Shown here piece by piece: positions 26,997 through 41,820 of a DNA stretch of 64,000 bases. The translations under genes were made by a program, and so were the position numbers. Every line of letters starts with the position of its first letter. Positions within the stretch are counted from its first letter, which is position 1. The notes beneath the pieces were generated by a model that saw only the letters and a list, made by a program, of their open reading frames with translations, searched no databases and was not told the DNA's origin. The DNA comes from Schmidtea polychroa (taxonomy: Eukaryota), in NCBI GenBank assembly GCA_044892525.1, contig CM097885.1, positions 14,014,001 through 14,078,000 on the forward strand. The letters run 5' to 3'.

Positions 26997-28575
26997 ATGT
27001 TTGCAAGCGTATGGGAAATGATGAAGAGGAATAAATTTGAATTTGATAATGAAATCAGCAATGAATTGATATGCAGAATTTGCAAATGTTTAATGATAAA
27101 AGCTTGCCAAGCTCCTTGTGGTTGTGGCTTTTGTTCTGATTGCATTGAACATTATTTGGATGGAAAAGATAAATTCTGTCCAGGAGCAGGAAAACATTGT
27201 GGAAAGAAAATGATCAATTTCAATAAGGATGTTTCTGAATATCATGCAGCGAATTTAAGGATTTCAGAAGTGATAGTGAGATGCCCAATGCAAAATTGTC
27301 AATTCAAAGATGAATTAGAGGTGATGGAGAGCCACATGAGAACATGCAACAAGCAACCAATAAAATGTCCATTCAATAGAATTGGATGCGAAATGAATGA
27401 GGTGGATAAGGGCGAAATGAAAGTCCATCTCAGAGAGAATAATGAAGGCCATAGCAAATTATTGATCGATCAGATCAGTAATCTATGCAATGAGATGCAA
27501 GCAATGAGACACGAGAATGTGACATTGCGTAATGAAATTATCAATATCAATGTAAAATTGTATTTGTAATTAATTTAATTGATATTTGTGATTGTAGGTG
27601 AAACTGGGCAATATAGAAAGGAAAGAGGCGGAGAACAGAGATGAAATAGAAGAATTGAATGAGGAAATGGTGGTATTGAAGAATGAGAATCGTTCATTGA
27701 GAATGGAGATGGAGACAAATATTGGATCAATCAATCAAGTTTGATTATTGATTTGATTTATTATTAATGCAAAGCAGGTCAGACAGCAAATTGATGTGAT
27801 TGAATCAAAATGTCAACAGCAAATTGATGAGATGAAAGAGAAATGCGAGCAGCGGCTGCAACAGGGGAATGAAAAGGTGATTTATTGATTTATTGACGTG
27901 TTTGAATTTGAGATTCAGCTGCAGCTTGAAATGGCGAAATGCGCCAATGAAATTCGGCAGATTGAATCAAAATGTCAACAGCAAATTGATGAGATGAAAG
28001 AGAAATGCGAGCAGCGGCTGCAACAGGGGAATGAAAAGGTGATTTATTGATTTATTGACGTGTTTGAATTTGAGATTCAGTTGCAGCTTGAAATGGCGAA
28101 ATGCGCCAATGAAATTCGCCAGATTGAAACAAAATTAGCAAATAAAAAATATATAAATGACGGATTTTTTGAATGGCAAATCGATAAATTTTCACAACAA
28201 AAGAGATATGAAGATATTTACAGCGAGGCATTTTATTCCGGGCCAATCGGTTACAAAATGTGCTTGTTGGTGTTTATTGGGGGTGATTATGTTTATGTTG
28301 GTTTCTGTTTGATGCGTGGGGCAAATGATGGGCAATTGGATTGGCCGTTCAATCAATCCGTGACAATCGATGTGATCGATCCAGCAAATGGCAGCATTTA
28401 TATGAGCAGGTCAAGGAAATATTCAGATCGCCCTGATGCAGCCGGATGGGGGAAACCGTCAGATGACAGAAATGATCCAATTGGCTTTTATTATAATCCT
28501 GATGCCATCTCAATCAATAAATTAGCAGCCAAAAGTGATAAATTGCTGCTCAGGTGCAGAATTGAAAAATTATGA
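26997..28575 (+). CDS. TRAF-like protein (RING, TRAF zinc fingers, coiled coil, MATH); exons 26997-27551, 27598-27738, 27778-27876, 27919-28038, 28081-28575
   Basis: CRIC...CGCGFCSDC...CP RING; CPFNRIGC...H finger; MATH motifs FEWQI, FYSGPIGYKMCL, MRGANDGQLDWPF; four phase-0 GT-AG introns of 39-46 bp give an open frame. Confidence 0.88.
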
Positions 28576-29920
28576 CAAATTAAAAAAGATTTCAATAAAA
28601 AATTGATTTTGGGTTTTGATTTGCCTTATTATTATTGATTTGATTTATTGAATTATTATGTGAGATAACTATTGTGATAATTCCTTTGATAGATTAATAA
28701 CTGATAGATTAGTTTGATTTGCATTTGTAACTGCTCTATGTGGCGGAGCGCTCACGGCAACTTGCCAATTGCAATATCAACAGCATAATAATATTAATTA
28801 TATAATTAAATCAAAAACATTTAATATAAATTAATTTGAATAATAATTATAATCAAAATAATCAAAATTTGAAATGAAATTAAAATTCACCCGAATATAA
28901 GCGCTGACAAATCGCCTCAACAAATCAAGCGCTCCTATGACGAGTGGAACTGACGGGAAAGCCGCCGCTGATGTTATATGAGTTGTGGAGAAATTATTGC
29001 TGTACTGAATGGCAGTAAAATGCAGCTAATTGCAATACTAAAATTGTGTTATATCAAATTGATTTGTGCCGTAAAATTTGATCTTCGGCAGCTATTTGTG
29101 AGTCATTTAAACGAAAATCCGCAACAACAATACTGATAAAATGTTCGAAAATTGCTTTCACATCTGTTTGGGTAAGTTTACCAAAATTAGAGCTGTCGAT
29201 TCGATGAGGGTAATCGGTGCTTTCTAGAAACTATAAAATTCTGTTACGAATTCTTTTAATAATGAAATGGATTACTTTAAATAATTTATGTTTTGCATCT
29301 TTCATGAAATTTGGATCTCTTAAAGGTCTCGGGTCTGATTTACTAATAATATTATTGTTAATATAATAATAATAATAATACTATAGTTACTCTGTATTGC
29401 TTCGCCCACCATTTGCAGTTGTATTGAGATCCTTTATAGGAACTAGTGACCTGATTTAATATTAAATAATGTAACATTTCATTAATTTATTCACTTTTTC
29501 ATTCGCAAAATTTTCAAATACAATATTATTTAAACAAAAAAGATTTCATGAAAATTTATATTTAAATTCACAAAATTGATAAATTTTATGAATGAATTTT
29601 ACTTTTTAACAAACAACGAAATTTATCTTGATATCCTGAAGATATGAAAAATATAAGATAATAAGACAACCATATGGGTCTTAACTCGAAAGAGTACTAG
29701 AAAATATTTTGGAACCTGAATTTCTTTAGGTACATCAGAATTAGAAGGTTGTTCAAGTCAAACTTACAGGTGTTTGGATAGTAATAGAGTTCCGTTTGGC
29801 AAACAACTCAGAATCTGGCTTGTGTGTTGTTTCTACGTCCTAATGTCACTGATATATTAGTATTCAATATTTATGAATATTTAGGTTAATTTTTTAAACA
29901 TCAATATACCCGTGCCAACC

Positions 29921-30648
29921 GGTGTCCCGTCAAAAGGGCCCAGGACAAAACGGCCCCGTCAAAATGACAAAGATATTACGGGTCTGACAAAACGGCCACC
30001 GACATCAAAGCCTCCGGCAAATTAGCTTCTGATATAAAGGCCCCGAAAAAACGACCCTTTTAAAAGGGTCCCAACAATAGAAGCGCTTAAACACTAAATA
30101 TACAAAAACACACTGTTTCCGGAAGTTTCATACACGATCAAGAACTATAAACTTATCCACACTCGCTCTGGAAAACCCTAAATTCTATTTTATCTCACCG
30201 ACACATATTCTCTTCCTGACCAGCCTGATACATCTACTCTTGCTAACGCATTCCGTGAATTCTTCACTAACAAGATTGATCAAATTCGTGCCAAATTTCT
30301 ATTCCGGCCTCTCCGGATCCATATGATAGTCAAACTACTCTCTTGCCAAAAACATTTACATGGTACTATATGCATGTATAATAACAAACATATAGAATCT
30401 ATTTTAAACAGTCTTAAAAAGTTACAGATGACGTCGTTTCAAAGTCAACATAAGTACAATTTTTCTTTTCTACATACAAATATTTCTATTTACGCGATTC
30501 TTTTGGCGTGAGCCCTTTTGACAGGGATCGTTTTTGCCAAAGACTCTTATATCAGAGGCCCTTTTTTCAGGGCCGTTTTGCCATGGGCCTTTATAATGTG
30601 GGCCGTAATATTGGGGTCATATTATCGAGGCCCATTTGACGGGTTACC
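29921..30648. mobile_element. Mutator-like foldback MITE with an internal foreign (LINE-like) fragment
   Basis: GGTGTCCCGTCAAAAGGGCC / GGCCCATTTGACGGGTTACC TIRs, repetitive subtermini, degenerate 9-bp TSD GTGCCAACC/TTGCCAATC. Confidence 0.65.
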
Positions 30649-31247
30649 TTGCCAATCACCAGGTTAGGAATGTACACAGTTGAAAATAAATAAGGAGGTG
30701 AGTTCTATTTCTAAAGGTAGATTACAAGTTGGGAGTAAAATCTATTTTTATCCATGAAAATGTCGGCCTCTTCCTGCTGTTGCTCACACTTTACAATATT
30801 TCTTTTCTTAACTACACATAACTATTGATTTTAATACTAAATGCCCATCGCAAGAGACGTTGGTGCTGCAATTTAGTTGGTGACTGTGCTGTACGTGATC
30901 CTTATGTTTATTGTCACACGTTTGTTGTTATTATTATCATAATTAAAATTAAATTTTAAATTTAAAAACAAAAAATCAATGGGAAAAATTGTCAAGGAAG
31001 AATTAAAAAATAAGGATCGCAGGATTAAATTTATTAAAATTTGAAATTTATAAACTTTATGAGAGTTAGAAAGATTTTATGATCTCTATCTAAAGATTTT
31101 TTTTTGTAAATTTTAATAAACGTTATAAGAATTAGTTTTTGTGTATTTTTATAATAAATAATTATTTATTTAAATAGTTAATTATAAACATAAAATTTGC
31201 ACTCACCACATATATTGTAATTAAATCCAATAATTTTCATCATCATC

Positions 31248-31844
<597 letters not shown>

Positions 31845-32030
31845 CGTTATCAATCTATTTTTTAAGTCTGTGATAGAATGGCATTAATTATTCTAAATGA
31901 CCAATCAGAAAATATTGAAATTTCTGTTACTGTTTTTAGAAACGCGTTGTCATTCAATCCACGGTGGAGAATTTGATGCAATTCAGAATCACTATAAATA
32001 TTCAATCTTTTCTATTAATTTTATTGTTCA

Positions 32031-32659
32031 ATGGGAATACTTTTGAGTAGATTATACAATTTGCTAAACGAGTTGTCTCAATCTGATCCAAGGAGAATCC
32101 TAATGTTGGGATTGGATGCTGCTGGTAAAACCACAATTCTATACAAATTGAAACTCAATGAAACTGTTTCAACGATTCCAACAATTGGATTCAATGTGGA
32201 AGAAGTTTCAATTGGGAAAGGTTTGAAATTCACAATTTGGGATGTGGGAGGTCAAGAGAAGATTCGACGGTTATGGAGACATTACTATACGAATTGCCAT
32301 TGATTGATTTATGTAGTGGACAGCAATGATGCGGAAAGGTTGAAGGAATCAAGAGATGAATTATTTACGATTGCTGAATGTGACGAGATGAGAAATGTAA
32401 ATCTAGATGTGATAGGAAATTGAAATGTTTAACATTGATTCAGATTCCAATAGTGGTGATTGCAAACAAACAAGATTTACCAAATGCCATGTCACCAAGT
32501 AGAATTGTGGAAGGGTTAGAACTATCTAAACTGGAGCGCACTCACAAATGGCATCTGCAGGCATGCTGTGCAGTTTCCGGTGATGGACAGTACGAGGCAT
32601 TGGAAGCAGCAGGGAAATTATCATCAGAATACTTGAAGAGTTGTAAATCATTTCGGTAG
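32031..32659 (+). pseudogene. ARF/ARL-family small GTPase, copy 2 (nonsense mutation)
   Basis: Same structure as copy 1, intron 32397-32443; GGA>TGA stop at 32301-32303. Confidence 0.9.
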
Positions 32660-32822
32660 ATTGTTGGAAAGGTTTTCTGAAGGAAGATTGCGAGACATAT
32701 TTTCAATAAAATTATTTTTCTGTTTTTTATTTTGATTTTGTATTTTTGAATTATATTTGTAAAAATTTATTTAAATGAAATTCAGAACGATGCAAATTTG
32801 TCAATTAATATTATCACAATTT

Positions 32823-33855
32823 TGTTGAGGTCCGTAAATTAAAATAAATTTAAATAAAATTTAGGGTAACAATTTAAATAAAAAGTAAGTGAAAAAAAAG
32901 ACAAATAAAAGCGGGTTCATGCACAAATTTGATAGTAAAGGAAAGTGTGATGGAAGCAGTATTAGAAAATGCCAAAAGCAACTGCGAAAGGCAAGAATCG
33001 GGAAAAAGAAAAATAAATAAATTGTAAAATCGTCGAAATCGAATTAAGAAAACAGGACAGGTATAGATTAGCTAATGGTCAACAAGATGATGATTAGGGA
33101 TTTATCATAAAATGGTTAGAAAGGGTCGAATAGCTTTCAAATGTGTAAAAACAGAAAACGTTAATTAATTAATTAATTGGCTAATAGAAAACCCGAGCTT
33201 ATGGGAAACTCGAGAGATGAAAGAAACCCGAGCTGGGTAAACAAGAAGAAAAGTAAACAGAAGGAAGATTTGGGCCCATTAGCTTATCACAATGATTTAT
33301 TGGAAAAGGCAAGGAGAAGATAGTGCGTGTAGAAAGGCCGGAAGGGCCATTAATTATCTTTGTTCGTTGGACCATTATGAGTGACAGCCGAAGCAGATAC
33401 GTGGAAGCAAATGTCGAGTGAAAGATTGGCTCGGCAATAACCATTTGTCATCCCGATTTCGAAGAGTCTATAAGGAAGGGGAAAATCAGAGCAAATCGGC
33501 ATTTTGCCTCAACTGGGGTTAGACGAAATCGAGATTAGGAAAAGGTAAAAACGAATTTAGGAGATTAGGGAAAAATAATAGATAGAATAAGAATAAAAAG
33601 AGTGAGAAAGGATCAAATTAAAAGAAACAAAAGGAAAACGTTGGTCAAGAAAACCTAAGGGAATAAAAGGTGAATATCATCTTTATCAAAGCATCAACAC
33701 CGAGCGGAGAATCGGTCAAACGTAACTTTGATTATTGAGTGTTGAGAAAAGATTGTGAATTTTATTATTTCAATATACGTTGGGTCGTTATTGTTTTGAT
33801 TTAAAGGACACGAGGAGTCAGAGGTAACCGACTTAAATTAACTAAACACCCAACA
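32823..33855. mobile_element. Solo LTR (duplicate of 6328-7359)
   Basis: TGTTG...CAACA, TSD ATTT, same insertion site as in copy 1. Confidence 0.85.
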
Positions 33856-34069
33856 ATTTTATTCATCAAGCATAACTATTGTAATAAATTGGGTATAAGG
33901 ACAATATCCCCCAAACAATATCATCTTGGACAATATCCCCCGGGCAATAAATTAATTTATATTTATTTGTTAATAAACTACAATGTCTTTATTATTATAT
34001 TCATACTAAAAAAATATGCATTATTAACAAGAGTGGGGGGTTTTGTCCAGGAGGATATTGTCCTATACT

Positions 34070-34324
34070 CAGTGGCGGAACTTCAAAATTTGGTCCCCCC
34101 GCGAAATGTAAAATATTTCTACTTAAATTTTTCGGTTAACGTTTAATACATAGTTATTCACAGCAGCCGCTATTCAACGATAGTTTTATGTTTGTAGGCA
34201 AATATAACTGCGGGAAAAAAGTTTCAGAAAATGATTGTAAATAGATTTTTAGTAATAATTTTGGGCCGCCTATAGCTGGTGGGCCCCACAACGCAGGGTC
34301 CTGCGTCCACTAGTTACGCCACTA
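34070..34324. mobile_element. hAT-type MITE (duplicate of 7581-7830)
   Basis: Same TIRs and same site. Confidence 0.8.
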
Positions 34325-35324
34325 CATATACTCAATAAATTGGCAATGCATTATTTTATAACATATTTTATTACAACATAATGTTTAAATAAGAAATCAA
34401 ATATTTTACATAAAGGATAAAAATATATTCATTACACATTCTTAGGTAGGTCAGACTTTGTGTTAGATAATTATATGGGGATAGGAGGCAAAGTTAAGGA
34501 CCGTCCCAGGTGGCACAAACTCTAGCAAACTCTTGAATATATAATTAATTTTCATTCGAATTTGATGCACAGTATTGTTATGCGGAATCAGAAAACTATA
34601 GAAACTATTTTATTATTTTATTAGTAATTTTTATTTATTTATTAATAAAGTAAAAACCTAATTTTATAGAATAATTCAATTCTACTGACAAATTAATCAG
34701 CAATTAATTCTTTTCACATTTTGATTTCGATATATAAATGAATTTTATCACTGAATAATTTATATTTATATTTAATTTTCAAAATTTTATGACAGAAATA
34801 AAAGAACTGATTACCTAAAGAATATGATGATGAGATAAAGGGTGGCCCTTGCAAGTAAAAGCAATTGTAATTCAACTCCATGATAATCGCAGTTGAGATT
34901 ATTAAAATTGGCCCCTAATCAGTAGGATTGATAATATTTATGATTATAATTTTATATTAAGACAGAAATTATAATTTTGGAATGCAATATGTAAAATTGT
35001 GTAAAAAAGAAAATTTTCAGAACGCGCTGGAAAGGTGGAATCGAACCACTTCGGTGTCAACCAACTACAGGTTTGAAGCCTGCACCCCGGACCGCCGACG
35101 CTCATCCCAGCAATTATTAATTTCTAATTCTCTTATAAATAGATTATATACACTTTACATTTTATTTATAATTATTATTGCAACAAATTATTTATCGCAT
35201 ATTAATTAAATTCCAGTACAAAGTTGATGTTATCGATATCTCTAGAAATATATTAATAATTTTATCTTCTTCTGGAAAATATCTCCATTAATGTCCAGCA
35301 GTATTTCTTACTATATATTGGCTC

Positions 35325-37278
35325 CATTGCCGCATTTGTATCTTATGCGCCCTTAGGCAATTATTCATATTAAAAATTAAAAAGTACAAATATACAATTA
35401 AAAATATCAGTGGAGTACGCTTTAATTAAATAAAATATTGCTTTTCTTACGTCCTTTTAACACATTAAATTTTCACCTTGATTTTTGGTCAGCAAAATCA
35501 ATCATATCAGAATAATCTATATTTGATGTAAAATTTGTTTATATTGATAATATAACTAAATCATTTAAGCGTTGTTCCTTTATAGTAGATCTTAAATAGG
35601 TTTTCAATCTTTTCGATAACGAAAAACTGCGTTCCACAGAGCAGTTACTTAAATGCGTGCACAAAAATATTCTTGAGATTATATTTATATTTGGAAAAAC
35701 AGTTTGCTATATATTAATTTACTGAGCTCTAATATCGAATTTCCAGAAATTACATTCTTTCATAAAACATTCATCTAAACCAGTGGTTCTCAAACTTTTT
35801 TGATCACGACCCAAATTTTTGACATTTCATGCCAAAAATTTTATTGCGACCCACATGACAAAGATTAAATAAATTTAAAAGGCTTAAACTTCCAAAATTT
35901 ATATTTGTAGATCTTTCCATAAGTCATCGCGACCCACCAAAAATTCTTTCGCGACCCATAGTTTGAGAAACACTGATCTAAACCGTTCTTGTGTATCTGG
36001 TATAAATTTTCTGCATTTTCTAATATTAATTTAGGTTGTTATTTCGTTCAATTGTTTAAAAATACAAAATTTTTGTAAATTAATTCATATGCTTCAGCCT
36101 CTTTTTCTGTTCTTCACTAAGATATGAAATTATAACATGTAATGTTTTGGTTTTAAAATTTTGATTGCTAAGTAATTCCGATTCTTCAATTTCATCATGA
36201 AACATTTTCCATTTTCTCCCACGTTTTCTTTCAAATCTTTTAACAAAAGATATTTCTTTGGCTTTAGATTCATAGTATTCATATAAATTTGACATTGAAT
36301 TTACGAATTCAATCAAGGATTTGTATTGCTCAACAATAATTGATAAATCATTTTCATTGGATTGTAACTTTAAACTAGTAGCATTAAAACGTTCTAAAAT
36401 AGAATTCTAAAATAGAATAGAGTCTTTTACTGTTACGTCATTAGTTTACGATAGTCAATGTACATTCTTATTTCTCCATCTTTTTTTCTAACTGGTAATA
36501 TTGGTGATGCCCACTGTGAAAAACTTTGTTTAATTAAGCTTGCCTGTTTAGTTCTTTAATTTGTCGTTTTATTTCCTCCCTCAATTTATAAAGTACACTA
36601 TAGGGTATTTGTTTTATAGGTCTAGCATTACCTGTATCTATCATGTGTTTCATGATGTCGGTATCTCCTAAATCAAATTCATGTTTAGCGAAAACATCGT
36701 TATATTCATCAATTAAGGTTTGTAATTGTGATTGTTGATTTTCATTTAAATATTTATTATCAATTTTTACTTTATCGTAGAATTTTATGCTATTTGGTTT
36801 ACCCAGTTCGACAATGTCTTCACTCGTATTCTCCGTTATTGATATCTCACTTATTTCAATAATTTGTTCTGCTTTTCCTTTTAATAGCTTTCCTAGTTTA
36901 GTACCTTTATGTATTTTTATATTATTATTTTCATAATTTGCAATTCGTATCGGGATTATTCCGTTTTTTGAAGTTAGATACTCGTCTATCAGCATTAAAT
37001 AGTGATTTCTTGTGATTGCTGTATCTGGCTCAAAAATAAAAGTGTCCTCACTTTTGACATTAACTTTTACAGGAACTATATGATCGCATTTGTATTCTAG
37101 CTCAAAAGCTTCCAAGAATTTTATCTCTGAAAATTTTGCATTACGGTGATTTGCTTTATGTAATGTATTGTTATATTTTATTTTATTTTATTTGTTGGTT
37201 GTTTTGGTTCAATGTAAGTAACAATTCTGCACGTTGCACGTGGAGAAGACTTTTTATCTTTTTTTAAAAAAAATAAAC
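35325..37278 (-). pseudogene. Duplicated and deleted copy of the hAT, Gypsy A pol and LTR-B start
   Basis: Closely similar to 8864-9795 and 11950-12805, joined by a deletion at ~36410. Confidence 0.85.
35781..35975. mobile_element. hAT (Buster/Charlie-type) MITE
   Basis: CAGTGGTTCTCAAACT...AGTTTGAGAAACACTG, exact 8-bp TSD ATCTAAAC; absent at the paralogous site ~9367. Confidence 0.92.
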
Positions 37279-37416
37279 AGTTAAATCCATCTTTAAATTT
37301 TTCAGCAAAAGTCTTGAAACCAACAATATATATTTAATCAAAAGGATTTATAAATAATAAGTTTTTAATTTTTCACAAAAACCGCCACTCCAATTATTAA
37401 AACAACAAGATATCTA

Positions 37417-37700
37417 ACTCTCCCCTTCTTATGACTTTTTCCACTTCTTCAGCCACTCGATTCTTCTTTCTATCGTTCCTTCTTGTGAATATAGTTCGAC
37501 TCGATGAGGTGATAGAAATCTGACGATTTTATACATGCCATCGTATTGCATACCATCCTTGTGCCTGTTCTGCGGCACTTTATGTACGATTACTTCCTCC
37601 CCCACTTCGAAAACACGAGTGCCCCTCTTTGTCTTATCCATAGCGCTCATAGTGTATGAGGCTTTACTCGAGTTAAATCTCGCGTCTTCGATTCTTTCGC
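37417..37700 (-). pseudogene. C-terminal fragment of a Gypsy integrase followed by a polypurine tract
   Basis: RVFEVGEEV...YDGMYKIV...IEWLKKW* followed by AAGGGGAGAG on the minus strand. Confidence 0.6.
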
Positions 37701-38661
37701 TTCTTGATATCTCAGCTTATCCCCAGGTTTTTTTTTAAATCTTAGCAACAATTTTCGTAATGTGTCTGCTCCATTTGATGGCTTAAACATTGAAATTAAA
37801 ATAAATTATTTAATTGTTTAAAATTTTAAAAAAGCCAGTTTTTTTTTATTTTTTTCATAATGTGCTTACGTTTAAAGAAGAAAAATTTTAGTACGATATT
37901 ATCGATTTATTGCTTTAATCTTACTTTTAAAAAAATTATTATTAGAAAATGTATTTCCTCTTTTTCAGTAGTTTAAAATTAATTTGATTTAAATTATCTT
38001 TTCTATCGAGAAATAAATTGAAATTCTCGAGAATTGAGAAATTGTAAATTGTTGAGAATTTTCGATCACAACCTCTAATTAGAAGGACATTTTCGTCATT
38101 AATAATTGTATCGTTTAAAATATTATGTAGTTTTTCTTTTAAAATATTAAAATTCAAATTCCTGAATGCAACATAGATGAAATTATTATTTTTTATTGCA
38201 TCGGTTGACAGTTTAATCATTCTGTTAGATACCAACTGCAAAATAAGATGCCAAAATATTTTTTTTCTATTATCGATTTTCTGGTGCACCGATTTCGATT
38301 TTTTCTCCATTCTATTTGACCATATTATGGGCACATCATATTGAGCTCATAGACTAAGGAAAGCCACCCTTCAACTGAGCTTCCCAGTTAATTGATATTT
38401 TGAATGTTTCTTTTCGGGCTGGTTCAGGAATTCTGTGAAAAATTCTAAATATGGAAATAAGAATAGAAGCCATATGAGCTGCATTATTGCATGACTGACC
38501 TCAGCCATTCACATTTTTTATATCATATGTTTTGAGAGTATAAATTACAGAATTGTTCATCTAATTATCTGAATATTCAGTATTAGGAAGAAAGTCAATA
38601 AAACATTCAATCCGGGTCTGTTATAAAAATATTATAAAATTATTGATTATTGATTTGTATA

Positions 38662-39093
38662 CAGAGCCGGATTTACTCTAGAGGGGCCCCAATTCTAAAA
38701 ATCTTATGGGGTCCTTTTATAATCTTTTTTTATAACTAAATATGGTTATTTTGTTTCCTATTTTTATTTAGTAAATATTAGTTTAATTTCGAAAATAATA
38801 TTACAGTTATTCATATATAAAAGATATTAACATGAAATACAATTCATAAATAAAAAAAACATTAATTTAGAAATATTTTCTTCTAGATTTTTTCTCTGCA
38901 AAATTTTCAACAGCAACTTTAGAAAGGTATTATATTAGATATAATATGTAATATAATTAAATACTTCTTTACTTATATTACTTAAATATAATAATCTGAA
39001 AATAATTAAAAGATTTAATAAGTTTTTATAATACTAATACATAATTTGGCGCTAGTTTTCAGCCTTGTCCGCATAAGGGTGAATCCAGGCCTG
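38662..39093. mobile_element. hAT-like MITE remnant
   Basis: CAGAGCCGGATTTA ... TGAATCCAGGCCTG degenerate TIRs. Confidence 0.5.
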
Positions 39094-39439
39094 TTTGTAT
39101 ATAAAATATCTGGGAATGGATTTACGATTATTCCAAGATAATTTTGATTTTTTAGTTCCTCAATTATTTCTATTGTTATTAATAGAATCAATTTGTCGCA
39201 AATAAAGTGTTTTTTCCCAGAATACTCAGGTTTCCTTATGTGCTCTTTTAGGAAAGAATTTAATTTGGTTAAGATTTGAAGAGAGGCATACTTCAGGAAG
39301 TCCTTACATTAATAAAAAATGTCATTTTTTTAAAGTAATAATGTCTGCTTCAAGTGTAAATTTATCCATATAAAAATATTTGAAAGATTTTATGCAATAA
39401 TTTCTGCCTTAATATCACTATCAAATGGAAAACTTGTGA

Positions 39440-40270
39440 ATAAAATTACACTAACAAGTTTTTTAAAATCTTGGAAACGGTTGTAAAATTCTTCAAAGAC
39501 GTTCTTAATTTCTTTGATATATTTATTTCATTCGTAGTTAGTTCAAGCAGAAGCCTTTAATTGGTCCAACATGTTTGGAAAATCAGATAAATTTTGATTT
39601 CCAAGCTTTGATACATGCAAATTTAGTTTCACTTTGTAAGCGTTTACAGCACTAATCATATAGAAACATCGGTTTGCCAGGACCTTGTCATTTTAAATTT
39701 AAATAATTTAATTTTGCAGTTATATCGGGAATAAATGCCAAATCTAATAACCAAATATCATCATTTGAATTCTTGTGTTCTTCACCCCTCTCGCCAAGAT
39801 AATGCTTAATTTCATTGAATATATCCATAAATCGCTGTAGACGGTTTTCCGATTTAACCGCCTAACATGAGTATGCATAAGTAGCTAGGATGGTCCAGCA
39901 TCATCAGTTCCTTACACTTGGAACTTAAAAAGGCGACTTTGGAGACTTGTTGCTAGAATCGAATTAGAAATTTTGAAAGTGATATTGATAATTTCGTGCA
40001 TATCTAAAACTCTAGCATACAGCACATGTGGATGGATAATACAATGATATTGTCAAATATCACAGAAACTTTCATAATTTTTACATAGAACGATGACATC
40101 ATTTCGACAATCTTTCATAGCTGATGCTTCACCCGTAGTGATTGAAACTATTTTATATAGGGGATATTGAGCAATCTTATTGAAGTTTTTAAAACTTGTA
40201 AACAGATCTTACTCTCACATTTTTCCTTTTATTGAAATGATTGTTAGTATTTCTTCTTTAGTAGATAAGT
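39440..40270 (-). pseudogene. Highly degraded GTF2IRD2/Buster-like hAT transposase
   Basis: Minus-strand remnants resembling SITTxxASAM, CIIH and WLLDLAFI motifs. Confidence 0.6.
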
Positions 40271-40860
40271 CTTTTAATAAAAATTATATTTTTATTTTAC
40301 ATATTACAATCATGTTTCAAATTGAGATTTCCTTTTACATTTACATTTTGTTTTATACTGTTTGATATATTGCATTTTATTCCAATTTTTACTATTAAAT
40401 TAATTATTGTAATAAAAAGTTAAGGATCGTCCCAAGTGGCACATAATTCTGTTGAGGTTTTAAAAGTAAATTATTAAATTATATTGTTCAGATTAAAAGG
40501 AAAAACCGAAATTGAATGGCGGTCAATCAGAGAAGCAATGGCAAAGAAAGATAAAAACAGAACTATAAAAGCGTACAATCCGACATGAAATGGGAAAATG
40601 CGCAAACCTGAGGAAGTGGAATAAATTGAAAAATTATCGAAATTGAAGCTGGAAAACGGGAGAGGGGTAGATTAGGGGATGGTGAAGAAGACAGTGAGCA
40701 AGAAATTGTTAGAAAATGTTTAGAAAGGGTCGTTAAACAGGCAAATAAAAAACAAAATATTAATTAATTAATTAATTGGCTAATGGGAAACCCGAGCTAA
40801 TAGGAAGCCCGAGCCAATGGAAACCCCGAGCGTGGCAATTTGGAAGGATAAACAAATGGG

Positions 40861-41194
40861 AGTAGTGAGGAATCTATGCACCCCAGCACCCCCACCCTCA
40901 AAAAAAAACAGCGCTATTGACCCATATTTTCCACATTTATATGCTTTTTTACCCCATATTCTTCACTTTTTTTAACTTTTAAACTTTGTCCCCTATTGCC
41001 ATTAACCCTTAATTTCTTCCCTTAAAAGTAAAAAAGTTCGGAATAGATGTATTTATAGATTAGTAATTCCGAGAAAAGGTAACGGGGTGCATAGATTCCT
41101 CACTACTTGGTCTTAAGGATTTAATGTTATAAGGATTTAATGTTATAAGAATATCAGATTACCTAATTCATAATGATCTAGGTCGCCTGATCAC
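40861..41194 (+). repeat. Polinton left TIR
   Basis: Reverse complement of 55379-55710 (2 substitutions and a 2-bp homopolymer indel by eye). Confidence 0.95.
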
Positions 41195-41267
41195 TTTTAG
41201 ATTTAAAAAAAATAAAAATTAATATCAAAACCAAAACATCGTATCCAACCAAAAAATTCTTTTAAAA

Positions 41268-41645
41268 ATGGAAGCTATTTTCAATTGTGAAATTTGTGAA
41301 AAAAATTTTAAAAATAAAACTGCTTTAACATCTCATAAAAAATCAAAAGACCATTTAATAAAAGCTAACACACTAGATGACACTAATTCCAAAATCTGTT
41401 CTAAATGTAAGGATAGATATTTATTTTCAGGTTATAAGAAGCATTTTAAAAATTGTATTGGAGTTCCTAAAAACAGAGAAATATTCGAATGTTCAGCATG
41501 TGGAAAAAAGATGAAGATAAAATCTTTTTACTTAAGACACATAGAAGATTGTGGTCTTGAAGCAAAAGATTCTGATTCAAACTCAATGACTGAAAAAGCT
41601 GAAAAACTAGAGTTTAATTGGGACAACTTCAATCACACGATGTAA
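41268..41645 (+). CDS. Zinc-finger protein, probably the frameshifted N-terminus of pPolB
   Basis: CEIC...H....H, CSKC...H...C and CSAC...H...C fingers; a short bridging open frame at ~41637-41767 leads towards the PolB frame. Confidence 0.7.
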   Translation: MEAIFNCEICEKNFKNKTALTSHKKSKDHLIKANTLDDTNSKICSKCKDRYLFSGYKKHFKNCIGVPKNREIFECSACGKKMKIKSFYLRHIEDCGLEAKDSDSNSMTEKAEKLEFNWDNFNHTM

Positions 41646-41820
41646 TTGTAGAAGTAAAACGAGGACCCAGATCAATCATGCAATATATAAGAGAAAATAA
41701 AAAAAAAATAATATCATCAATGGATGATGCTATAAAAAATTTGGTAGATCAAGATTTAATGTTATAAAAGTTAAATTTACAGGAAATGCAAAATACTGGA
41801 GAGGAGATGATTCAATCGCA

